A stretch of DNA of 64,000 nucleotides. It comes from Woeseia sp. GTDB taxonomy: Bacteria > Pseudomonadota > Gammaproteobacteria > Steroidobacterales > Woeseiaceae. The stretch covers positions 2,228 through 66,227 of the forward strand of contig JBBKWB010000020.1 of assembly GCA_037968755.1 (NCBI GenBank). Reading direction: 5' to 3'. The notes under the pieces were generated by a model that was not told where the DNA came from, ran no database searches, and saw only the letters and a list, made by a program, of their open reading frames with translations. Below, piece after piece: positions 1-9,955 of this stretch (position 1 is the stretch's first letter; every line of letters starts with the position of its first letter). A program made the translations under genes and the position numbers.

Positions 1-219
1 TGGCATAACCTTAGATCGCTCGGGAACACGTATAACGGCGGAGTCGTCATGCGGAACGCTACCTTGCGCGACCGCGGTTGATCCTGGTTTGAGCACCAAG
101 ATTCGCACCGCCAAAGCGCGGCACCCAGCGTAGGTTCCTTCTGTCCAGACCACCATGACGGTGGCATTGCATACCCGTACGCCAGATACTGTGCGTAAGA
201 ATCCATACGGGGAAGAGCG

Positions 220-1140
220 ATGCAGGTCGGCATGATCGGGCTAGGCAAGATGGGCGGTAACATGGCACGGCGTTTGCGTCGTGCGGAAATTGAAGTCATC
301 GGATTCAATCGAGATACCGACGCGACGGAAGCACTCGCCGCAGACTGCGGACTTATCCCTGCCGAATCGGCAGAGGCGCTCGTTGCGAAGCTCGAGGTGC
401 CACGGCTGGTTTGGTTGATGCTCCCCGCGGGCGACGTTACGGAATCGTACGTGGATATGATGCGTGAGCTGCTACAGCCGGGTGACATTCTTATCGATGG
501 TGCGAACTCTCACTATAAGGACTCGATGCGTCGTGGTGAGTCACTTGCCAAGTCAGGCATTAATTTTGTCGACGCGGGTGTCTCCGGCGGCGTGTGGGGC
601 CTCGAGAACGGCTACGCACTCATGGTCGGCGGAACCGACGAAGCCTTTGCCAAAGTGCAGCCGCTGATCGAGATATTAGCGCCAGCAGCCGATCGCGGTT
701 GGCTGCATACCGGTCCTGTCGGCAGCGGTCACTTCGTCAAGATGATTCACAACGGCATTGAGTACGGCATGATGCAGGCTTACGCCGAAGGCTTCGCCCT
801 CATGGCGGGCCGAGAGGATTTCGGCCTCGACCTGGCTGAGATCGCTGAGTCGTGGCGGCACGGAAGCGTCGTTCGCAGCTGGCTGCTCGATCTGACTGCC
901 GATGTACTGGCTAGCGATCAGCAGCTCGCCAGCGTCGAACCATTCGTTGCTGACTCGGGAGAGGGTCGCTGGACGGCCCTCGAAGGGATTGAACAAGGCA
1001 TACCGACGCCGGTGATGAGCCTTGCCTTGATGGCTCGCTTTGCCAGCCAGGGGCAACAGGATTTTTCCTCGAAATTACTCGCGATGATGCGCAATCAATT
1101 CGGCGGCCATGCAATTCGGACTGCCGACGATGAAGTCTGA
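220..1140 (+). CDS. gnd: 6-phosphogluconate dehydrogenase (decarboxylating), short ~300-aa Gnd-like form
   Basis: 306-aa ORF. N-terminal Rossmann motif MIGLGKMGGNMARRL. HFVKMIHNGIEYG and SGEGRW motifs are typical of the 6PGDH family. Confidence 0.8.
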   Translation: MQVGMIGLGKMGGNMARRLRRAEIEVIGFNRDTDATEALAADCGLIPAESAEALVAKLEVPRLVWLMLPAGDVTESYVDMMRELLQPGDILIDGANSHYKDSMRRGESLAKSGINFVDAGVSGGVWGLENGYALMVGGTDEAFAKVQPLIEILAPAADRGWLHTGPVGSGHFVKMIHNGIEYGMMQAYAEGFALMAGREDFGLDLAEIAESWRHGSVVRSWLLDLTADVLASDQQLASVEPFVADSGEGRWTALEGIEQGIPTPVMSLALMARFASQGQQDFSSKLLAMMRNQFGGHAIRTADDEV

Positions 1141-1185
1141 ATAATAACGTGACCGGATCTGGCGCGGACGCTGTAAGTTGCCGAC

Positions 1186-3711
1186 TCATACGGCACACTC
1201 CTGATTCGGATCCTCACCGCCCGACCGAAACGTAACGATGAGAGTCGGCAGCAGCGCCATATTTGCCAAGAGTGCAGTAAGCATCGCAAGGCCGGTCAAT
1301 AGACCGAAGTAAATAGTTGGAACAAATTGGGAAAACGCGAGAATCGAAAACCCGAGCATGATCGTAATGCTGGTGTAGTAGATCGCGCGCCCGATATTAC
1401 GGTGACAGCGCTCTATGGCGGCCGAGTAATCCCGATCAATAGCAAATTCGCGTCTAAATCGGTGCACATAGTGGATTGTGTCGTCGACACCGATGCCGAC
1501 AGTGATTGCCGCAATAGTAATAGTCATCAAATCCAGCGGTATACCAAACCAGCCCATCAAGCCAAGGACCAGGGTCGCCGATACCAGGTTCGGAATAATG
1601 GCGGCGACGGTCATCCTGATTGAGCGAAACAGTATGAGAAACATTACACAGATGGCCAGGAAGACTGCTCCCAAGGTCAGAATCTGCGATTTGAAAAGGC
1701 TTTGCAGCATATTGTTGTAAAGAACCAGCATACCGGTCAGGTGAATCTGACCATCCTGCAGTTTGAACCGGTCGATGAGGCCAGTGCGAATTTGGTCCAG
1801 GAGTTTCGATCGTCGCAGCGTCCGATCCGACTCGAACACACGAATACTGAATCGCAGCTCGTTACCGTCGTCCGATAAATAGGGCGCAAACAACTCCTCT
1901 TTAAAATTCGCCGGCGAGCGCTCGTAGATGATCGAAAGCAGAAAGTTATCGTGCAGAGCCTGATCATCGAGTTGATCAACGATTTTCGCAACGGTAGCCA
2001 ACGAAATGACTTTCCCGGTTTCTGGAATGCTGTCGAGGTAGTCGTGAATTTCCATGACCTCGCCGAGGGTCCAGCTGTTGAACCAATAGCTTCGCGAGCT
2101 TAGGCCACCTAATGCTTCATCCTGATCGAGGGCAAAATCAAGAAAATCGTCCTGGCCCTCGCTCCCCGGCGGCACATTATCATCCGTGGCAGCATCCACA
2201 ATCGGCGCACTGATGATCACATCAAGCGGTGTGGTACCGCCAAGCTTTCGATCTATCAACTCCATACCCTGATAGATTTCCGTGGATTGTTTGTAGTAGT
2301 CGATAAAGCGGTTCTCGACTGTCAACTGCATTGCTCCCGCCAATCCAACAAAGGCAAGAATCGAGAAGATGATCATGATCATTTTGCTGTGGCGACGAAC
2401 CATCATTGCGAAAAGGTTTGTGATAGCTGCCGTACCGTCGTTCCTCGAACCTGGTACGCCTGACGTTGTGAGCATCAAAGCCGCAGGAAAGAACGTAAAC
2501 GCGAAAACGAAGGCGACAACTATGCCAATCGACATGATCCAGCCAAAATCGATTACAGGTCGGATGCCGCTTACCAGCAAAGAGCCAAAGGCGATGATTG
2601 TTGTCAGCGTTGTATACACGCAAGGCACGACAATGCTGCGAATAGTTTCGCTGACCAGCGTAAATTGGTCTGCATGCGGCTGGCGTTCATGCATCTCCCG
2701 GTAACGTACGATGATATGCAGCGTTAATGCCAAGCATAGAATCAACAGCAAGGCGACGAAGTTTGACGAAACGACGGTGACACGCCAGCCAATAAGTCCA
2801 AGCAAGCCAACCATGAAGACGCATGTCGCCGCACAAGTAATTAGCGGCAGCAAAATCCAGCGCCATCGCCGAAACGCCAACGCAAGAATTAGTACAAGAA
2901 AGAGCAGAACGGCCGAGCCGAATACAATCAGGTCATGTCGAATGAAATCCAGTGAGTCAGCAACAATCATTGGCACGCCGCCAAGGTGCAACGAGGCAGA
3001 ATCGCGATGCTGATCAAGTACATTTCGTACCGATTCGATGTTGCGTCGTTGTTGCGGAACAAGCGCGTGACTTGCGGCCTGAAATCGAGCCGATACTTCA
3101 GTAAGCTCGTTTTCTTCTGAATTTGAGAGTGACGTTACCGACTGCTTTTCACGCAAGTCGTCGCGCCTCTGACGCAGGTGCAAATACTCCTCATCCTCAT
3201 GCATGTCGACACGCAGCGCTGTCGTCAAACCGTCAGAGCTGACGATAAGATTCTGATAAAGCGGGCTGGTCAGCAATTCCCGCCGCGCGAGCGTTCGATC
3301 CGTGTCATCGTTCCCCAGATAGCGAATGCCTGTAGAGATTCTCTTCAGATCGACAGCAGGGCTGCTGACTAGCGGGACATCGAGAATACTGGTTACCGAG
3401 TCAACTGCAGGTATCGCCAATATGTCGTCGCGTAATCCTTGCAGATCAGCAAGTGTGTCACTTTCGAAGAGTGCCTGGTCCGGTGTGTAGGTGACGAGCA
3501 GAAATTCGTCGGATCCGTAGCGCGCTCGAATTTCGCGGTAGTAGCGAAGGCCAGTATCATTTTCGAGCGTCAGTGAGTCAGCAGAAGCATCAAGGGCAAA
3601 GTCTTGTGCGAACCACCCGAGAGATGCCGTAACCAGCCCGACTGATACCAACGTCGCAACAGGCCGACGCAGCACTATGGCTTCATAGAAATCTCGAAAT
3701 TTGGTCAACAT
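1186..3711 (-). CDS. RND-superfamily exporter (MMPL / sterol-sensing-domain type, COG1033-like)
   Basis: 841-aa ORF. Two blocks of about 5-6 hydrophobic helices are each preceded by a large soluble loop, the layout of MMPL/HpnN-type RND exporters. Confidence 0.75.
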   Translation of the reverse strand: MLTKFRDFYEAIVLRRPVATLVSVGLVTASLGWFAQDFALDASADSLTLENDTGLRYYREIRARYGSDEFLLVTYTPDQALFESDTLADLQGLRDDILAIPAVDSVTSILDVPLVSSPAVDLKRISTGIRYLGNDDTDRTLARRELLTSPLYQNLIVSSDGLTTALRVDMHEDEEYLHLRQRRDDLREKQSVTSLSNSEENELTEVSARFQAASHALVPQQRRNIESVRNVLDQHRDSASLHLGGVPMIVADSLDFIRHDLIVFGSAVLLFLVLILALAFRRWRWILLPLITCAATCVFMVGLLGLIGWRVTVVSSNFVALLLILCLALTLHIIVRYREMHERQPHADQFTLVSETIRSIVVPCVYTTLTTIIAFGSLLVSGIRPVIDFGWIMSIGIVVAFVFAFTFFPAALMLTTSGVPGSRNDGTAAITNLFAMMVRRHSKMIMIIFSILAFVGLAGAMQLTVENRFIDYYKQSTEIYQGMELIDRKLGGTTPLDVIISAPIVDAATDDNVPPGSEGQDDFLDFALDQDEALGGLSSRSYWFNSWTLGEVMEIHDYLDSIPETGKVISLATVAKIVDQLDDQALHDNFLLSIIYERSPANFKEELFAPYLSDDGNELRFSIRVFESDRTLRRSKLLDQIRTGLIDRFKLQDGQIHLTGMLVLYNNMLQSLFKSQILTLGAVFLAICVMFLILFRSIRMTVAAIIPNLVSATLVLGLMGWFGIPLDLMTITIAAITVGIGVDDTIHYVHRFRREFAIDRDYSAAIERCHRNIGRAIYYTSITIMLGFSILAFSQFVPTIYFGLLTGLAMLTALLANMALLPTLIVTFRSGGEDPNQECAV

Positions 3712-3873
3712 GAATGCCCGCCGTGCACTGGGGGTATTGCGGAGAAATGCTTGATTCGCTTAATTGTATCTTCGCGCAGCTCTCGTCTGATGTACGTACG
3801 GGTATGTACCGATGAATTAAGGGCTGGACTGGCCTAGCATCAATACAGGTACGATTTCAGAAGGCCAATCATC

Positions 3874-4494
3874 ATGTGTAGCAATATCCGAATGTTCGGC
3901 TTGATAGCGATAGCGCTGGTTCTGACTGGTGCGTGCGCGCCGCAGACCAGTGTAGTAAAACTGTACGATGATCCCGCACGAGGGACAATTACCTACAAAC
4001 GACTGCTAATTGTCAACATTTCCAGCGACCGTAGCCAACAACAACGTTTCGAAGACGACCTCGCGTCCAAACTGCAAAAGGAACGGGTAGACGCGATCCC
4101 TATCCACGACAAGCTTGATACGAGCAAGGGCGTCACCCAGGATGATATCAATCGAATAGGCGACGAGATCGGAGCGGACGCGATTCTGATTGCGCACATT
4201 GCCAGTGTCGATACCAAAACGAACATTGTGAGAGGCCGTGAAGAAATAGATTCGACCTGTCGTGGCGGCAATCCTGTGGACTTTTTCTTGTATGACCATG
4301 ACATTATTGTCGAACCAGATTCGGTGAGGGTGGCGCACACGGTAGTTGTTATAAGCAATTTGTACGATGGCCGTAGTCGCGAACGCGTCTGGTCTATTCA
4401 ATCGACCTGCTTCGGAAAAGATAGCCTCTCTGAAGTCATGAAGACAGAGGCAAGTGCAATTGCCAGCCAACTACGGATTGATAATCTGATCTGA
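3874..4494 (+). CDS. hypothetical lipoprotein
   Basis: 206-aa ORF. Internal Met7 gives MFGLIAIALVLTGAC, a lipobox-like signal. No family recognised. Confidence 0.55.
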   Translation: MCSNIRMFGLIAIALVLTGACAPQTSVVKLYDDPARGTITYKRLLIVNISSDRSQQQRFEDDLASKLQKERVDAIPIHDKLDTSKGVTQDDINRIGDEIGADAILIAHIASVDTKTNIVRGREEIDSTCRGGNPVDFFLYDHDIIVEPDSVRVAHTVVVISNLYDGRSRERVWSIQSTCFGKDSLSEVMKTEASAIASQLRIDNLI

Positions 4495-4617
4495 ATAGCC
4501 TGTACTTATAACCTCCCAATAGCCGCCGGTTCGAATCACTACGGTCGCCGACGTTCCTGGCATTTCGGGTTCATCCAGCGAGACCCACATTCCTGGATTT
4601 TGAGAGGCTCGAGTTAA

Positions 4618-5226
4618 ATGCGGATGAAAGGAAAAGTCGTATCCTGGAACGACGACAAAGGCTACGGCTTCATCACGCCCCTGGGCGGCGGCAAGCAAAT
4701 TTTTATTCACGTGAACGCGCTCAGCAACCGAGATCGGCGCCCTAAAACGAATGAAGTTGTGACGTATTCGATTTCCAAGGACAAGCAGGGACGGCCGTGC
4801 GCGGTTAACGCCACACTTGCCGGCGACAAACACAAAGTAAAGTCCACGCAACGTCCGAGCTCAAAGTCTATTCTATTTGCGCTGCTGTTTCTTGCAACTG
4901 TCGGCGTGTCTGTAGTGACTGGAAACCTTCCTGTCGTCCTGTTGATCGGGTATATGGCGCTGAGTTTGGTCGCATTCGTCGCCTACGCATTGGATAAAGC
5001 GGCTGCCCGCCGAGGCGCCTGGCGAACCAGTGAAGGAACTCTTCAGTTGCTTGGCCTGTTAGGGGGTTGGCCGGGCGCGTTGATTGCGCAGGAGACGCTG
5101 CGGCACAAGTCGAGCAAGACATCCTTCCGTACAGTATTTTGGGCAACGGTGTTGGTGAATTGCGCTGCGCTTATGTGGCTTTACACAGTTAGCGGAAGAG
5201 CATTTGCACAAGCGCTGCTGACGTAG
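4618..5226 (+). CDS. cold-shock-domain / DUF1294 membrane fusion protein
   Basis: N-terminal CSD motif KGKVVSWNDDKGYGFITP followed by three hydrophobic helices, as in CSD-DUF1294 proteins. Confidence 0.8.
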   Translation: MRMKGKVVSWNDDKGYGFITPLGGGKQIFIHVNALSNRDRRPKTNEVVTYSISKDKQGRPCAVNATLAGDKHKVKSTQRPSSKSILFALLFLATVGVSVVTGNLPVVLLIGYMALSLVAFVAYALDKAAARRGAWRTSEGTLQLLGLLGGWPGALIAQETLRHKSSKTSFRTVFWATVLVNCAALMWLYTVSGRAFAQALLT

Positions 5227-5273
5227 GGATCTCTGCGAGTGAATGCCACGAATCGACCGAGGCTAGTCATCGC

Positions 5274-5358
5274 AAATAAAGGGGTCGAACCACATATTTT
5301 TGAAATAAAGGGGTCGAACTACATATTTTTGTATCGGCTAATTCGGTTCGACCCCATT
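5274..5358. repeat. GGGGTCGAAC-type small inverted/direct repeat element (REP/MITE-like)
   Basis: Two direct copies of AAATAAAGGGGTCGAAC(C/T)ACATATTTTT (5274-5301, 5302-5330). One inverted copy, GGTTCGACCCCATTTT, lies at 5345-5360. Confidence 0.7.
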
Positions 5359-5375
5359 TTCTGCATGCTAAGCTC

Positions 5376-6167
5376 GTGCCTATGTTCACGTGGCTATCTT
5401 TGCGAAACCAGGCTCAACGCATCAGCCGGCGCCAGTGGTCCTTGTTGTTTGGGCTGTTAGCCGTTGCTATCGGCATTAGCTGGTACTCTCTGCAAGCGCG
5501 TTCGACGATGCCGGACTTTCGTCAGTACGAAGCCGGGCCTGAGCGCAAAGCTGTGTTTTTTGAATTTGTGCGGCCGCTGATTCAGTCCGAGAACGCTCGC
5601 GTGCGGCAGGATCGTGAGCGCTTGCTGGCGATTGCTGCGGATGGTGACCCAGGTTTTTTCGACCGGCTTTGGCTTACCAGCATCGCAAGGGAATATGCAA
5701 TCGAAGAGCCGGACCCGGATGACCCTGCGCTGCTCGATACCTTGATCCGGCGCATTGATACCGTGCCGCTCTCGCTGGCGCTTGCACAGTCCGCTAAAGA
5801 ATCCGGCTGGGGCACATCCCGATTCGCAAGAAACGGCTACAACCTGTTCGGCGAATGGTGTTTCGATGAGGGCTGCGGCATGGTGCCGAGGTCGCGATCC
5901 GAAAATCGTAGTCATGAAGTCGAGAGCTTTCGATCGCCCCGCGACTCTGTCGCAAGCTATCTAAACAACATCAATACGCACCCGCAGTATCGGTCGTTTC
6001 GCCTGAAGCGTGCACGGCTTAGAGATGAGAGCGACAGGTTGTCCGGTAGCGCCCTGGCTCAGGAACTGTCGCAGTACTCGGAACGGCGTGAAGCGTATGT
6101 CGCAGAAATTCGGCAACTGATTCGTATCAACGATCTGGAAGCACCGCAAAGTAATGAAAGTCACTGA
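5376..6167 (+). CDS. bax: Bax-like protein with glucosaminidase (FlgJ-type) domain
   Basis: N-terminal TM segment. AQSAKESGWGTSRFARNGYNLFG matches the mannosyl-glycoprotein endo-beta-N-acetylglucosaminidase motif. Length is similar to E. coli Bax. Confidence 0.7.
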   Translation: MPMFTWLSLRNQAQRISRRQWSLLFGLLAVAIGISWYSLQARSTMPDFRQYEAGPERKAVFFEFVRPLIQSENARVRQDRERLLAIAADGDPGFFDRLWLTSIAREYAIEEPDPDDPALLDTLIRRIDTVPLSLALAQSAKESGWGTSRFARNGYNLFGEWCFDEGCGMVPRSRSENRSHEVESFRSPRDSVASYLNNINTHPQYRSFRLKRARLRDESDRLSGSALAQELSQYSERREAYVAEIRQLIRINDLEAPQSNESH

Positions 6168-7251
6168 GCTCTGCGCCGTCCGCGCAATTCTTGTGATGCT
6201 CATTGTGGCGGGGATAGCGCTGGCCTCTCCGGCGTTTGGCACAAGTGCTGATGACGGCCACGCCGCTATTCTTATTTATCACCACGTCAGCGAGGATACG
6301 CCGGCGGCAACGTCGGTCAGCCCGGCCATTTTTGAATCTCATCTCGATTTTCTCGAGAGGAACGACTACAACGTTGTGCCACTCACGGATATCGTCTCCG
6401 CACTGCGGGACAAGCGGAGACTCCCAAAGCGCACGGTCGCCATCACCTTCGACGACGGCTACACATCGATTCTGTCCGAAGCCATGCCGCGCATTGCGAA
6501 ACGGAACTGGCCGTTCACGGTCTTTGTTTCGACCGATGCAATTGACCAGCGCTATTCAGGCTTCATGAGTTGGGCGGACTTGCGACGCATTGAAGCAAGC
6601 GGCGGCACTATCGCCAATCACACGCGGACGCACGACCACCTCGTCCGCCACCGGTCCGGCAAGTCTGTCGAAGCGTGGCGGCAACGCATTACGACAGACA
6701 TCGAATCAGCACAGACGAGACTCGAGAGTGAACTTGATCACCCCCTGCATTTTTTTGCCTGGCCGTACGGTGAGTTCGACGCTGACCTCGAGAAACTTGT
6801 CGACGAACTCGGCTACGTTGCCTTCGGCCAGCAGTCGGGACCGGCCGGCCATGTATCCAGCCTGCAAAGCCTGCCTCGCTTTCCCATGGCGACCGGTTTT
6901 GCAGACCTTGAGGGTTTCGCCGAAAAGCTGCGGAGTCGCCCGCTGCCCGTGACCGTACTGGCGCCCGCGAGCCGTGTGCTGAGCACTCTCGCACAGCCAC
7001 CGGAATTAAAGATGCGTATTCCCGACGGGCCGTACCGGCTTTCTGCACTGCGCTGCTACGTGGCCGGTCAGGAACCGGCAGTGATTGAACGGCGCGGTGA
7101 TGTCGTCACGGTGCAGGCGCAAAAACCACTGCGACCTGGGCGTGGCAAGTTCAACTGCACGGCCCCGTCGTCCGAGGAAAGCGGCGTGTACTACTGGTAC
7201 AGCCACCTGTGGATCCAGCCCGAAGACGACGGTTCCTGGTACCCGGAGTGA
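6154..7251 (+). CDS. polysaccharide deacetylase family protein (NodB fold)
   Basis: Signal peptide. NodB motifs ITFDDGY and NHTRTHDH. 14-nt overlap with the upstream gene. Confidence 0.8.
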   Translation: MKVTELCAVRAILVMLIVAGIALASPAFGTSADDGHAAILIYHHVSEDTPAATSVSPAIFESHLDFLERNDYNVVPLTDIVSALRDKRRLPKRTVAITFDDGYTSILSEAMPRIAKRNWPFTVFVSTDAIDQRYSGFMSWADLRRIEASGGTIANHTRTHDHLVRHRSGKSVEAWRQRITTDIESAQTRLESELDHPLHFFAWPYGEFDADLEKLVDELGYVAFGQQSGPAGHVSSLQSLPRFPMATGFADLEGFAEKLRSRPLPVTVLAPASRVLSTLAQPPELKMRIPDGPYRLSALRCYVAGQEPAVIERRGDVVTVQAQKPLRPGRGKFNCTAPSSEESGVYYWYSHLWIQPEDDGSWYPE

Positions 7252-7314
7252 TGCGTCAATCCCGCGTGCGAATGCAGGTATGCACGACGCGACGCCTGCA
7301 ATCGTAACTTCAGA

Positions 7315-8580
7315 TCATGCCAACCCGTTGGCTACATCCGCTTTGTATTCATCCAGCACTTCCGTCATCAGCTGAATATCGCTCTCAAACGTTTCGGGTA
7401 GCAAAGGCCCGAAACTGAACCTGAACATGTCCATGTACGGACTAACGTAACTTGGGTCCTTTGAATGCGGTCTGCCCATATCGCAATCCCGGCCCGCCAG
7501 AATCGCCGCGCCTCGCTGGTACAGGCGTTTGTTCAGGTCATCGCAGTTCAATCCATCCGGCAACTGCATCCAGTGATAAAAGCCGCCGTTGCCGCTGAAA
7601 ACTTTCAGGCCCATTTTCTCAAACGCCTCACCGTAGCGTTGTCGCTGCCAGTTGTAGTGCGCTTCAACAGCCTTCCGCTGCTTTGCCACCCGCTCCGGCT
7701 TGAACAGCTCTACGGCGTATAGCTGGCTGGGATGCGATACCCCTCCCATGCCGAACGAGCTGAAATTAGACAGGGTCTGGATGTTCTTTTTCGATGCGAT
7801 GATCCAGCCAATGCGAATACCCGGGCATTGCAGGCCCTTGGTACACGCGCCGGAAAGAAACACGTTGGAGTTGTCCAGGTCACTGACGTACTGCAGGCCG
7901 CTGACCGACGGCGAGTGATACATCTCATAGGCTTCATCCAGCAGTATGCCGTTCTGCGCTGACTCTGCCATCTGCACGAGCTCCTTCAATTCATCGCCTG
8001 CGCGCGCGTGCCCGGTGGGGTTGCCTGGATTGGAAATCACCGGAAACAGGTTCGTCTTGTGATTCAGGCCCGTGCGATCGAAGTACTCGGCATTTTCAGG
8101 ATGAAAATTATTTTCCGGCGTCATTGCGACTGTTTTCCAGTCGATGTTTGTTTGGGTAAGAATATCCAGGTACGCCGGCCACTCGACATTGCCGATACGA
8201 ACCTGGATGTCTTTTTTCAGGAAAGAAAGAACGGTGTAGATACCCGGCCGGCCACCGGCAAAGATCATCACGTTGTCGGGCGTAATGTTCGAGCCGTAGT
8301 ACGTGTTGTAGTAACCAACGATAGCTTCCCGCAGCTGCGGATGACCCCAGGCTTTCGGATAGAGCCGGTCTTCCCACGTCACCTCAACTGAGGGTGGCAG
8401 TTCAGGCCCGTCGAATTTTTCCAACGGCGTGGTCAATGGAAACCCCTGCGACCATGGATGCGTGCCCTCGGTGCCCATGAACTGCCCATACGCGTCTTTG
8501 AACGCATAAAGAGTTTCGTAAATTCCCATGGGTGGGACGTCGTCGAGGAGGAACGAATCTGTTTTTTTTGTTGGTGTCAT
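7315..8580 (-). CDS. PLP-dependent aminotransferase, class I/II
   Basis: SNPGNPTG and SGACTKGLQCPGIRIGW (Lys) motifs. The longest ORF reaches 8640, but Met21 (ATG at 8580) is preferred because a repeat element starts at 8651. Confidence 0.75.
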   Translation of the reverse strand: MTPTKKTDSFLLDDVPPMGIYETLYAFKDAYGQFMGTEGTHPWSQGFPLTTPLEKFDGPELPPSVEVTWEDRLYPKAWGHPQLREAIVGYYNTYYGSNITPDNVMIFAGGRPGIYTVLSFLKKDIQVRIGNVEWPAYLDILTQTNIDWKTVAMTPENNFHPENAEYFDRTGLNHKTNLFPVISNPGNPTGHARAGDELKELVQMAESAQNGILLDEAYEMYHSPSVSGLQYVSDLDNSNVFLSGACTKGLQCPGIRIGWIIASKKNIQTLSNFSSFGMGGVSHPSQLYAVELFKPERVAKQRKAVEAHYNWQRQRYGEAFEKMGLKVFSGNGGFYHWMQLPDGLNCDDLNKRLYQRGAAILAGRDCDMGRPHSKDPSYVSPYMDMFRFSFGPLLPETFESDIQLMTEVLDEYKADVANGLA

Positions 8581-8650
8581 GCTCTGTCCGTTTGATCTGT
8601 GTGGTCGATCGCCGACCTTGTGCTGGCCCGGCATCCACATTATCAGCGGT

Positions 8651-8886
8651 AAATGGGGTCAGAGTACATTCTTGGTCGGCCAACCCATAAATGGGGTCAG
8701 AGTAGTATGTCGGGCGGGCGACGCGGTTCGGCCGAACGCATTCGGCGAGTCACTGGAACTCAAGCTGCATCGACTCGGGCGGGCGACGGTAGAGGTGACG
8801 CGGTGATGCACGACCAGCTTGCTAGATAATGTACTCTGACCCCTTTTCCCCGACCGGCTTGCTGAAAAATGTACTCTGACCCCTTA
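8651..8886. repeat. GGGGTCAGAGTAC-type MITE-like element with doubled terminal inverted repeats
   Basis: AAATGGGGTCAGAGTA occurs at 8651 and 8689. Its reverse complement AATGTACTCTGACCCCTT occurs at 8828 and 8868. Internal direct repeat CGGGCGGGCGACG at 8711 and 8776. Confidence 0.75.
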
Positions 8887-8908
8887 ATTGGCAGGTATCC
8901 TTGGGCGT

Positions 8909-9955
8909 ATGCCTTCCACTCCAAGACGGACAGCGGAATTCCAACACGAGTATCGTTGGGCAGAGTACGACGACGAGGCGCTGCTGGATCTGCGCTTCAA
9001 GAGCCTCGGACTGACGCTTAAAGGCAGTCCATTGATGGCGGATATCGAGCGGCTCTACGAGAATCTCGAACGCCGCGGCCTGGAGTTCCGGCCACACGTC
9101 TGGCTTTCGACCGAGTGGTTTTCGCCGGACCGCATCTCCGGCTTTGCCATTCCCTTCTATCTCGCCCACCCGCGATTGAACCAACTCGAGCGGCGCATGA
9201 TGGGTGAAGTTGAAGGCGGGGCGCACAGATGGCGCCAGCGAATCCTGCGCCACGAAACCGGGCATGCGATTGACAATGCCTACAGGCTCAGGCGACGCGC
9301 GGACTTCAGGCGCATATTCGGCCGCGCCTCCGCACCGTATCCCGATGACTATTCACCGCGCCCGAGCAGCCGCCGACACGTACTGCATCTCGGGCACTGG
9401 TATGCACAAAGCCATCCGACCGAAGACTTCGCTGAGACTTTTGCCGTCTGGTTGCAGCCAAAAGCGCGCTGGCGACGTGACTACGCCGACTGGCCGGCAA
9501 TCAAAAAGCTCGAGTATGTCGATGAGCTGATGGGCGAGATCGCGACGGCCACGCCGAAGCGCAGCGACCGCTCGGTGATCGAACCCTTGCGACAGACCGA
9601 CGAAACGCTGGGCGAACATTACCTGCTCAAACAGGATCGTTACGGCGGCGAGGACCGGCGCTACGACCGCTGGATGAGCCGGGTATTCGTGGCGCGCACG
9701 AAACGACCGCGAGCGATGGCTGCCAGCCGCTTCGTGCGCGAGATCGAGCCGCAGCTTCGACGACTCCTGGAGCGACGCGCGCGCCTGCACCCCTATTATC
9801 TCGATCACGCAATCAGCCTCGTCAGGCGTCGTTCGCGTCAGCTCGATCTCGTGCTGCGCAGTTCCCGCCGCGAGGCCAAACGACCCGTCGTGCGCCTGCA
9901 TGAGCGGATCGTCCTGGATATCCTGCGACGCAACAGGGAGAACTATGCACTATGA
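8909..9955 (+). CDS. putative zinc metallopeptidase (HExxH), ATP-grasp-associated type
   Basis: HETGH zinc-binding motif. The ORF opens at TTG 8888 inside the repeat; the first ATG is at 8909. ATGA stop/start overlap with the downstream ATP-grasp gene. Confidence 0.6.
   Translation: MPSTPRRTAEFQHEYRWAEYDDEALLDLRFKSLGLTLKGSPLMADIERLYENLERRGLEFRPHVWLSTEWFSPDRISGFAIPFYLAHPRLNQLERRMMGEVEGGAHRWRQRILRHETGHAIDNAYRLRRRADFRRIFGRASAPYPDDYSPRPSSRRHVLHLGHWYAQSHPTEDFAETFAVWLQPKARWRRDYADWPAIKKLEYVDELMGEIATATPKRSDRSVIEPLRQTDETLGEHYLLKQDRYGGEDRRYDRWMSRVFVARTKRPRAMAASRFVREIEPQLRRLLERRARLHPYYLDHAISLVRRRSRQLDLVLRSSRREAKRPVVRLHERIVLDILRRNRENYAL

Noticed and set aside
1-219. Possible 3' end of an upstream gene or a leader for gnd
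   Set aside because: The short open frames there (one ends around nt 78, another around nt 140) show no recognisable motif. The window is too short to assign anything.
5239-5460. 73-aa ORF spanning the GGGGTCGAAC repeats, and the 92-aa ORF at 8528-8806 spanning the other repeat element
   Set aside because: Both are built from repeat sequence and overlap the better-supported starts of the neighbouring genes.
8651-8886. Possible CRISPR array, because of the repeated GGGGTCAGAGTAC units
   Set aside because: There are only four units. Two are in inverted orientation, the spacing is irregular (38 and 40 nt, with about 120 nt between the pairs), and no cas genes are present. The architecture is that of an inverted-repeat element.
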